From positions 7,564,001 to 7,628,000 of the forward strand of contig CP158635.1 of assembly GCA_050273025.1 (NCBI GenBank): a stretch of DNA of 64,000 nucleotides, in the 5' to 3' direction. This DNA is from Cenococcum geophilum. Taxonomy: Eukaryota. Made by a program: the position numbers and the translations under genes. Below the pieces are notes generated by a model. That model saw only the letters and a program-made list of their open reading frames with translations, was not told where the DNA came from and did not search any database. Position 1 is the first letter of the stretch. Every line of letters begins with the position of its first letter. Shown one piece after another: positions 53,191-64,000 of this stretch.

Positions 53191-56100
53191 TGTTTATACT
53201 AATTTAATAATACAATTGAGTTATATCCCGGGGCACAAAATACGTATAATATCGTATGCTCTTTAGGATGGTGGTAACTATTAATTGTATAAAGTAGACT
53301 ATATGGTCTATATACTAATGCACCTCCCCCCTAATTAGTTAGTGCTTTATAAGTGCACCAGACGCGTAAGCGGGTGGTTAGTGCACTGGACGCGTAAATA
53401 CGTACCTGGTGTACCGAACGCGTAAGCACGCAGTTAGTATAATAGGTGCTATAATTATACACTAGCGGTACTTAAAAAAAATGAAACCATAAAACATAAA
53501 GGAAAATATATAGGAAATCTCCCCCGAGGTGCTGTCTAGGCTGCCTTCTAAGCGGTGCCCTAAACTAGCCGTAAGTTCTGCTTACGGTCCGTAAAATAAA
53601 CCGTATAGCCTTTTGACGGGCAGTAGACGAGCTATAAGTTAGATCTTAAGGGCCGCTAAGGCGCTAGTGCTAAGCGAGCTAATGGCGATTTTCTATCCCA
53701 GGGATGGAAAATTATAATTGGTTGATTTAACTACCCTGGTAGAAAATGGCAGAATTTAGCAGGTTATGTAAGTCCATTAAGTTCCATTGCAGCTTTCTAC
53801 CGTTCTCTACCTAATAGCTTATAGTCCGTAGAATAGGCCGTATAATAAGCCGTACGGCCTTCTAACGGGCCGTAGGCGTACCATAGGTACTCCGTTAGTC
53901 CCGTTCTACCTATTTTATAACTTTTAGGTTGAGCTTATTTGTGTTAATTAGGGTTTTAAGGGCTTAATATGGCTTTGCCTTAGTTATAGCGTCCGCTAAG
54001 TTATCTCCACTACTAATCTATTTAACTTCTGTAATCTTACGTTGTTTATAGGCCTAATATAAGCACATTAGGTTGACTATAAGCCTCTTTTCTTATGTTA
54101 TACCTAGTTTAACTAGGCAGTTGTAAAGGGATTTTAAATCGGTGTATAAAACTAGGGGTAACTGCTCTAGTTATAGAATCTTCTAAACCGTTAATTTAAT
54201 TACGGCTGCTATATTAAATTTATAAGCTAGTATATATAGTTTAGAAGCTAGTACACTACGGGTTACTTATTTGCACTTAATTAAAGACCAGTATAGTATA
54301 TTTGCGTCCTAATTACGGTCTATAAGTACAATTATAAAGCTAATTTGTAATAATAGGTCTTTGTTATTAGTAAAGGAGGCGCCCGTAAATGCTAGTAGGC
54401 TAAGGGAATTTAGGTCTAGTAGTATAAAAGTAAGCCCCCTTGCCGTATTATTAATTTACTACTAAATGCGCTTATTAAGCTGTTTAATATTTTCTTCTTA
54501 TAGGTCTATTACCTGGGCCGTAAAGGATAAATTGTAGGTAGATTTAGGTTAATAGACTATAGCAATATAGGCGCCTCTTACACGCTGTGTAGCGTATTAG
54601 TCCTTTATATTTATGGTCTTACGGGTCTCTCTATAGGAACTGGTAAGGTCCGTAGGCTTTGCTATAATAGGCTTTAGGTTTTAAGCTTAGCGTTCCTAAG
54701 TTAGCTTAATTAGGTTACCCTTTTATATAATTAGGCCTCTATTAAACTTAATTAGATTCTACTTAGTTAACTGCTCTTACGGCTTTACTAAGAACTTAGC
54801 CTTTTATAGTTTAGTTTCTTTAGCGTTTATAAAGGTTTAGTTTGCTAGAAATAGGGTATTATCTATTTAAAGTCTAACAATATTAAGGCCATTTAATGGG
54901 CTGTATAGGAGGTAGGGGTTATAGGTCAACTGTTCTATTTTAAGTTTACTAACGTAGTGCTGGTGATATATCTTAAACTAATGGTTTCTAGCTTCTAGTA
55001 CTCCGTAAAGAGGTTTTATAACCTATAAAATTGTTCCTAATTATAGGTTAAGCTCGTGGGGTGGTCGTATAAAGATGTCCCTACTTAGGTAGATGTTGGA
55101 TTATACGTAGGCTTATAAGATATTCCGTAAGTAAAGGGCTATAGGTTTAATTTGCTATAATCTAGGCGTAAGTATAAGTATAATCCATTAACTAACCCGT
55201 TAAATTATAGGTAATTGTATAAGGACTAAGTTCTTTCCCTAGTCGTTATAAGCTTATATAATAAGCCTTAATTTTTTAAAGGCTTTATTAGTACTAGGGT
55301 GCTTAATTTTGTTAATAAAGCGTAAGTTAAATATACAGACGTCTTGCGGAACGTCTCTCTCTATTATAACCGCAAAGACGCCCTTTTTAAGTAGTCCGTT
55401 AATCTCTTTACGTTATAAGTCCGTAAATAGGGTTTCCTATACTAGAACTAATATATCCGTAGGCGAAGATTGCCTTACGGATATTCCTACGGAGGTTAAG
55501 TAATTCTTTGTTATAGGGTTCTTAGTTATAGGGTGCTTTTAGGGGCGTCCTTAACCGCGCTTTATAGTAGGTTTAGTAGGTTCTATAGGTTTCTGGGGGA
55601 CTTTTAGGGTAGGTAAGGGTGCTTCTAGTTTATTTAATTCGGCAGTCGCTTCTAGTTTATTTGGTTCGGCGTTATAGGTATTTTTAGGCCGAAAGTAGGG
55701 TTTTACAGATGTGCTTCTAAAGCTAGTTAGCCCACTAGGAAGCTGTACGTAGCACGTCTTGTTTTCTACGGCTAGTAAACAGTAAGGTCCAGTCTAATTG
55801 CCGCTTTTACGCTATATAAGAACTTTAGAGTTAAGCGGAAGGTCGTATACTAAGGTTATATTAGGTCCGTTACGGTAGTATAAGGAGTTATTAATAGTTT
55901 GTTTAGCCCGTAATTTGACTATTTTAACTATTACCTTTTATATTATAGCTGCTTATTCCGTAATAGACGGGGCAGAAAGGCCTAGGTTGCTTATCCTTAA
56001 ATAGGCTCTATAAACTAAGAGGGTAGGTACTAGTCCGTTAGGGCTAGTAGTATTATTAACGGCTTTTACGGCTATCTATAAAGCTAGTTCTTTTTAAATA

Positions 56101-59100
56101 TCCTTATACTCGTCCATAATAATCTAGTAGGCTCTCTATAAAGCTAGGTAAGCTCGCTTAATAAGCCTAATAGACTAATGCGCCTTAACTAGAACGGCTT
56201 TTGTTAAAATAGCTATGGCCGTAGTATACTATTGGAATTCCTTGCTAATAAAGTTCCTACCGGCGTTGTGGGTAATATACTTAGGGGGTCTAACGTATGT
56301 GTTAATCTAGCAGGTCCGTAAAATATCCTAAGTATATTTTGTAGATATATTTTATAACTAATGGGCGGCTTAATAGCGGGTTGCCTCGTTAATTATGTGT
56401 AATACTAGGCTGCCGTTAATATATATAATGTCTACGTATACTAAGTAGTTAAAATTAAGGTTTTTATAAAGGGTAAACTTAAATCGGCCTAGGGAACGTC
56501 TGTATTTCTAGCAAAAGGAGTAGTATTTGGTTAGGTGGTTAATTGCCTTCCTGTTAATATTGTCGTGTCTAGAGCGTTTAAGGACTCTATATAGCTTTTC
56601 GGCTAATAGGTGGCTAAAACGGCAGTATAGGCGGTAGATTTTAGTACTAGTAAGATAGCACGGGTTATAGTCGAAAGATTCCTAAATATAGGTCTATAAA
56701 GTCTTTCCCTATATAAGGAACGGGTGTCTAAATTGTTGTGTAATTGGTAGGGTAATATACTTGCTTTTTAGGGCAGTTGTGGGGCCGATTAAAGTGTTTA
56801 TAACATTATTATAGTAAACCTATAACCTATCTATGTCCATAAAATAAAGTAAGAAAGGGGTGTCTGCTTTTACTATATGGAAGTTAACTAGGCTAATTAG
56901 GGTTTTAACTATAACTAATTTAATTAATGCAGTTAAGCTAATGCTAAATTGGACGTTTATAGCCCTAGTTTATATAGTATTAATGTCCGTATTATTATTT
57001 GCGGTAGTCCTATATATAAGGTATTGTCCGTAACCTATAGTAGACTTCTTAGAGGCACTTATGTCGATTATAACACCGTAGAATTTCTTAGGGGTATAGC
57101 GTTCTGTGGTTTTATATGCAAATAGGTCCTACTTATAGTCTATAATGTTTATAACGGGGGTGCTTATAGAATAGTTTTTGGGCGTAATTGAGTGTATAAA
57201 GGAACGGTTGGCTAATACGGTCGTAATATTAAAGGCTTAGCTGTCCGTAAAAGGTCTAAAAGTGGTTAGGAATGTCTCTAAGGTCTCTTATTCCTAAGTG
57301 TTTAAGTTAAAGTTAATTATAAGGGCTTCTATTAACTTATTAGGGGGCTCTTCTACTTCCTTTCCTTCGTATTCTAAAATAAACTAGTTAATATAGCTAT
57401 TAAGTCTCTTCCTAGACTTGTTACGTTCTTCCTAGGTATGCTTTATAGACTAATATCCTTCCTTACCGTATATAAAGCACTTCTGGCTGGTTTGTCTATG
57501 GGGGTATATTTTTATATGGGTGTTGCTATGGTGGTTATAGGTAGGACTTAGTCGGTACGGGTGCTGCTAGCGGTAGCGGCGGTCCGTAAAGTAGACGTCT
57601 AAGTCTATTTACGGATATTAAATATCCGTAATAAAGGCTTAAGTGCTACCTGGTGGGTTTAAGACTTTATACGTTATAATAGAGAAGCGTAGGTTATTAA
57701 TAAGGCTAGCTAAGGTATCTGTAGGCTTATAGTAGGCGTACTTGCAGGGCTTTACTTCTTAGTAGGCCGTAATAAGTTTATTATATAGGAAGTCGTCTGT
57801 TTAAAGCTTAGCGTTAAGGCCGTGCTATAGGTGCTAAAGGTCTTTAATAAGAATTTATAGGCACTCTATAGTCAATTTTTTAGTATTCTTGTTGATTACG
57901 GTCCGTAGCTTAGTCGCATTCTATTAGGTAAGAATATTACGCTTATATTCCGGTCCTTTAAAGTAGTTATAGGTAGCTTTGTATAGCTTATTAAAGGGAA
58001 CACCAAGGGGGTTACTCTTAAGGTTGGTGTAGTAGTGGTTAAGTGCTAGGCCGCGCAGTATAGTAGAGTAGGCTTGGCTAAACTCTTATTTAGGAATATT
58101 AGCCTTTTAGCAAAGGTCCGTAAAGATAGTTAGTTTAAAGTTAAAGTTATCGTTTTCACCGCTGTACTTAGATTTATTGGTGTAGAGCTTAGCTAGGTTA
58201 GCTAGTTCCTTACTATAGGTCTTTACTTAGGTGGGTTGCGGATCTATAACTTATAGATCTGTGGTTTGCGGATATATAGCTTACAGATCTATAACTTAAG
58301 TAATAGAAGGGGTTTGTTCCGTATTTTGGTTTATAGGGGTATTATAGTCCGTAATTTGGGTTATGGTGGTATTATGGTCCGTAACTTAAGTATTAGGTGT
58401 ACTTTAGCTAGTAAAATTAATTCTAATACTACTTAGGTTTGTAGAACGGATTTGGTTAAATAGGTTAGCTATAAGGCTAGAGATTCTGTTAAGTTTAAAG
58501 GAGGTAAAGAGGTCGCTAGTTTTAATATGATCTAAGATTTACTCTTTAGTCTATTCTATTTGGTCCTCCTTACGTAGTGTGTTGTATAGAGACCGTACAA
58601 CATTAACTTGTTTGTCCCTTTTAACCTATATACCTTGGTAATATAAAAGGGTTTGTAGGTTACGGATAGCAGTAGGGTTGCAAGCCTTAAAAATAGCTTC
58701 TGTGAAGTCCGTAAAGTCTTCCTTATATTACTCCCATAGGTTGTTATTTATAAGCTTAAAATATCTATATTTAAGGATTTTATATTTAATATAGTTATTA
58801 ACGTTAGGTATAGACGTAAGGTTAACTCCTTAGCTCTATTTCTCTTAACCTTTATTAATCTGCTTGCTTATGTCTGCTATGCTATATAGTATAGTATATA
58901 GCGGGCGGAAAAGGTCTTATAGTGGTCCGTAAAGGCGGTTAATAGGTCCATAACGGTTTATAGGAGGATAAGGGGTTTCCATAAGGTCCAAAGAGGTTTA
59001 AGGTTTAAGGGGGTTAAGGATAAAGGTTTCTATAAAGGTTTATATTCGCGTTTATAACTTCCGGTAAACCGTATTAAGACTTAAATAAGTATATAGAGTT

Positions 59101-59505
59101 GGTAATAGGTCTATAATCCCCGACTTCTAACCTTCTAGTAGGTTATACTAGGAGTTTAAATAGGTGGTTACTGTTAAGTATCGCTTGGGGGGAGGTGTTA
59201 AGTAATTGCTAATCTGTGCGCGCTTACTAATTAGTGTTTATATTAATTTAATAATATAATTAAGTTATATCCCGGGGCACGAAATACGTATAGTATCGTA
59301 TGCTCTTTGGGATAGTGGTAACTGTCGATTGTATGAAGCAAACTACGTGATCTATATACTGATGTACCTCCACCCTAATTAGTTAGTGCTTTATAAGTGC
59401 ACCAGACGCGTAAGCGGGTGGTTAGTGCACTGGACGCGTAAATGCGTACCTAGTGTACTAAACGCGTAAGCACGCGGTTGGTATAATAGGTGCTGTAATT
59501 ATACA
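53191..59505 (-). mobile_element. Ty1/Copia LTR retrotransposon (Copia-B, same family as Copia-A)
   Basis: 271-bp LTRs 53191-53461 and 59235-59505. TSD ataac. Interior is the reverse complement of Copia-A apart from transitions and small indels. Confidence 0.95.
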
Positions 59506-59510
59506 ATAAC

Positions 59511-61830
59511 TCTATAGCTTTACTATTTTTTTTAACTTTAACGGACGTGTATTTTTTAAGAATGTTATTATTTTAGGCGCTTACCTAATCTAGATTTAAA
59601 AGGCTACTTATAATAAACTAATATATATTTATAATACTATTCTTTATTATAGTCCCTAATATAGCCTAAACAAAGAATCTAAGGCGTTTTAGTATAGTAC
59701 TTTTATAGAAATAAAGAAATTGGCTAACTATAGTCTCTTTATTCTTCTTATTATAAAACTTATTCTATAAAACCCTACTAAAAAACATAGTCTTAACCAA
59801 CTGCTAACCTTTATCCTCTTACTTACCGTTAAATAAGAAGTAGTAGACGCTTCTAGTAATTATAAAGTTGTTAATAATACGCTGTTTTAGGTATTTAGAT
59901 ATTATAATTATAATAAATCTTATTACTAAGGCAGCCCAGGTACTAACTAAAGGATTACCCTTTTAAGTAGTAGGACACTATTGGAGAACTATAGGTAAGG
60001 GGTTTTTACTTTATCTGTAAGAGCTTAATAAGTATTTAAAGTATTATAGGCGGTCTAGTTTCCTAACATTTTTATTTTTAGCTACTTATTTAAAGTCGGC
60101 TGCTCTATACCTAGAGAAGCATCTACTATTAAATAGTATATTATAACTCTTAGTGGTGCTTACGCTTGCGTTATAAGTGGTAAGTCTTTAAATAATAAGA
60201 TATAATTATCTCTTTAGGTAGTAATAATATGTAGAACTATAATAACTAGGCTAACACTATACTGTTTACGTATTATAGATATAGCGTTATAATTTACGCA
60301 CGAGTATAGTAGAGGTACTTTATCCTAGCTAGGATACTTAACGTTATTAGCCTAGTAGCCCTCCGGTAAATATTAAGTAGCATTTTTAGCCGCTTAATTA
60401 GTAGCTACTTTATCTAGGTTTATAGTATAGTAGTAGTTAAGGATAATAGTTAAGTATACGGTTACTATTTTACCGGTCCCTATACTGTCTACAAAAACCC
60501 TACTATTTAGCTCTATACGTTCCTAGTAGAATATCTTAAATATACTATATAGCTAGTATAGGAACGCTCTAAACTCCAGATTTAAACCCTATTTATAGGG
60601 AACGGAGACTATCTTATTCCCTAGGAGGGCCCCTTTAGAAACCCCCTATAGCTTAGCTAAGCGTTTATATATTTACTACTCTATTCTCTTAACCTTGCCA
60701 CCTACTTTTACTATAGCGGCTTTTTAAAATCCAAAATAAGCTAACATTAGTCTAATTTAAGATGTACTCTATATACTTATATACCTATACTTTTACTTAA
60801 TATAATTAGCAGCCTCTACCTCCCTATTGGCTTCGTTTATTATATCTTTAAGGGCCTCTTCTTTTAGGTTATTGTCTTCTGTAGAAACCTATATGGTATT
60901 ACTAGCTAAATCGTCTACGGTTATAACCTATAGTTAAGCTAGTTTGGGATCTAGAGCGGTTGCGCTTTAGAGAGCATTATAATTGTCTTTATTCTCCTCT
61001 ATACTACTAGGACCCCCTATAGGCTAGATAGCTAGACTACCGCGGCCGTCCTTAGTAGCTTGCTATAATTTGCCTTTAGATACTCTAGCAGGTTACTTCC
61101 TTTTATAACTACGTTTCTTCTAACCTAATAAACTTAGAATGCTATTATACGCTAATAGGGTTAATAAAGCATTGCTCTTACTTTTAGTATCTTTATTAAC
61201 AAACTTATTATTTAAGTACTCTAAGTACTTATGGGTCTGCTTAGACGCAGTCTTCTACCGTTTTTTATATATAGGATTACTGCGTAAAGACTAGCAAATT
61301 AGGGTATTAGCAATACTGGCAGGGTTTATACTCTACTTATATGGTATTTAGTACAGTATTTCTATAATTAAATACTTAGCTGTAATTATTAGTATATAGA
61401 TAGCCAGATGTTATTAAAAGAACTTATAATTGGTACTCTTAAGTATAAATTCTACTTTACTTTTATAGTATAGTATATATCGCTAGAATGCGGCTTATAA
61501 TACCCCTTACTAGGCAATATAAGCCTTCTTATAGGATTTAATATTAACCTATATAATTTAATCTTTATCTAAGTTAAACTCTATTAATACTATAACCTCT
61601 TAAAATAGCAAAAAACTAATTTCTTTAAAGCAATAATAGTATCTTTAGACTAGCTCTCTAAAATACCTTCCCTTTTAGGTAAGTTACTAAGAACCTTTTA
61701 AATAAAGTTATTGCGTAGTACTTTATCTTTAGTAGTATAAAATGCGATTTTATTAAGCCTGGCTTCTACTATACTATCTAAGATTGTCTTTTTAATTTCC
61801 TTAAGGCTACGAGTATTAATTTCCCATCTA
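59511..61830 (-). pseudogene. SNF2-family ATPase/helicase-like RIP pseudogene (possibly continues 52745-53185)
   Basis: 60466-60504 reads SRVFVDSIGTGKI, reverting to GGVFADGMGTGKT (SNF2 motif I). LRSL*I (Q-motif-like) upstream and LTTY downstream. Tentative NKIY>DEIH at ~59913 in another frame. Confidence 0.65.
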
Positions 61831-63807
61831 TTTATAATATCTAAGTCCTTTATAGTAATGCGTAAAGATATTAAGATAGGATAAAGGAGAAGTAGAGTGT
61901 TATAATATAAGAGCGAAAGAATCTAGTTAGTGTTTAGTAAAAGTGTAAGTTTAAAGTAGGTAGGTAAGACAAACTAATTATAAGAATTAATTAACTAGGT
62001 AAATTACCGCAGTTCTAGGGTATAAGTTACAGCTTAAAGCAGTAATTAGCGGTTAAACTAATTAATTAACTAATTAATGTCGCGTAGAGGTGCCATACGA
62101 GAGTTAGTTAAGGTAGTAGAGGTAAAGAGTTAGGCGAAGTAGATATTAAAGTTAAGTACTCCTATAGAAACGCTAGTAGGTAAATTGCTGTTATCTAATA
62201 CTTATTAATAGTAAGGTAAATTAAGAAGTTCTAGTAAATACGCAGCATGCTAAGTTTAGCGGCATTTTACGGTAGATTGCCTTAGGTAGTATAAGTTTTA
62301 TATAGTTATAATCTTTAGGATTTAAGAACTAAACTAACTTATTAGTTTATTAAACCTTATAAATCCTACCTAGACTACTAATATAAAAAGGTAATAACTT
62401 AGCTAAGTATAGAATTTATATATTGTTTTTAATTATATTTTAATAGGAGACTAAGTAAAGCTAATTGAGCCTTTACTATAGCCTCCTTTAAGCCCCCCTT
62501 TACCGCCCTTAATTAATCCTCTATATTAAACAGCCGCTAGTTAAACCGTCTAATTACTTATAGGACTTAATACACCTTATTTAGCGTATATAGTATATCC
62601 TCCCTTATAACCTTAAGCTAGTCCTTTACTAAAAGCTTTTAAAATATTACCTTTTTTTAATTTATATTATGCGCTTTAGTTATAAATATAGTTTTATAAC
62701 CTTAGAGATAATCCTGCTTTATTACTTAGGCGTCCTAAATTAGATTAATAATAGATATATTTTAAGCCTTTTTAGCTTTTTAAAGTTCCTTAATTTCTGC
62801 CTTTAAACTCTCTATTTTAGTAATTAGAGGGTAATACAGTCTATAAAGCATCCTATTCCTCCTTTTTATAACTAATTATCTAACTTACAATATTAAAGAG
62901 GTCCCTCTTTATAGTTTTTTTAGTTTCTATAATAGCCATCTCCGCGGCGCTATTTTTATTTAACTTAGTTCTCTTTAAAGTATATATAGCGGCATTTTTA
63001 GCGGCTGGTAGGATAGAATAGGTTAGTAAAGGCTTCTTAATAGATAGCTAAGCTATCTTCGTGGCTTTAGCTACCTTACTATTCTTCTCCTACTTAATTA
63101 GAAACCCTCTAATCTCCTTTTAGTAACTATCCACCGCTTTCTTCTTTCGCGACTTTAGAGCTAGCTTAGTGGTCCTATCTCTATTCTTTAGTAACGCCTT
63201 TTTAATATAGGGACGCTTAGTGCGCTTAGTTAGGTAGCTGCATACCTAGGGTTTTTATTTATCTATAATAACCGATTAGCGTAAAATATCTATAACTCTT
63301 TCTTAGCATATATACTATTACGATATTTACTTTAAAAATAGGTTAAGGGCTGGTATATAGTTAAGTTAAGGGGAAATTAGTTCTAATATAAAGAGTAGGT
63401 AATAGATAGATGGATAGTATTTAGCAGTAGGATCTAAAAGGGAAGCTTATCCTTATTAACGTTAAGAACGCATATAAAGTAGATAGGTAGTAGTAATTTA
63501 GGGGAAGACTTTAATAAAGGATTATTTTATATAATTAGTAGCTAGTTAATAGAGGAAGGCTAGAAACCTATAGTTATAATATTATATATTATAACATTTT
63601 GCCTAACTTCCTCAAATATACATATAGGTGGTGGCCTTCTATAGCATTTTGTCGGCATTATAAGTTAACGCGTTTTAGTAAGGCTTACTAATAAAATTAC
63701 GCTAGCTAGGGTGCCCGTAGTATACTAACCTAGGTAAAAGCGTCTAAAGCGCCTAATATAAAAAGTATTTTTTACTAAATAAAGGGATATAGAGCTTAAA
63801 GCTCCTT

Positions 63808-64000
63808 ACTATTCGGTTATAAATCGCCTTTATATTATAACTGTTCGATCTATACGCCTTTTAGTATTACCTATTTTATAATTAGTGGCGGCTACTACTA
63901 TAGCTTATTTAAATCTGTAATTAAGTTAATTATTTAGTAAGGCTCTAAAATAAGGCTTTAGATTTAACTTTATATATTAATACGTAATTAATATTAGTAA
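63808..64000. mobile_element. Heavily RIPed relative of the Harbinger-type element at 35200, running off the window
   Basis: ctgttcgatctatacgccttttagt...taattagtggcggctactac aligns with 35237-35295. Degenerate TIR attcggttataaat. Confidence 0.8.

Larger units (their letters stand above)
1..64000. other. RIP-mutated AT-rich repeat block
   Basis: Paired LTRs and the two Copia copies differ almost only by CA>TA / TG>TA transitions. Confidence 0.95.

Noticed and set aside
43023..59505. Giant inverted repeat capturing the P450 as a composite transposon
   Set aside because: The two Copia copies have separate TSDs (atata, ataac) and different LTR variants.

Overview
Fungal (ascomycete-type) AT-rich heterochromatin-like block. 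It is saturated by RIP-type C>T/G>A mutation (TpA excess, TAA/TAG stops everywhere), and I found no intact protein-coding gene. Roughly 70% of the window is nested transposons whose boundaries I could mostly fix by target-site duplications (TSDs). These are three Ty3/Gypsy chromoviruses, two copies of one Ty1/Copia family, a 5'-truncated Tad1-like LINE, a TRIM, solo LTRs, PIF/Harbinger- and pogo-like MITEs, a 1.6-kb poly(A)-tailed non-coding retroposon built from tandem repeats, and three members of an unclassified CATCAGG-terminated modular repeat element. Removing the transposons leaves a backbone of RIP-killed cellular-type genes: a SAM methyltransferase, an NF-YA/HapB CCAAT-binding subunit paralogue, a CYP52-like P450, a SNF2-like ATPase and unidentified ORF relics. 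This suggests a duplicated segment or giant-element cargo. Protein calls come from manual translation with RIP reversion, not from database searches.
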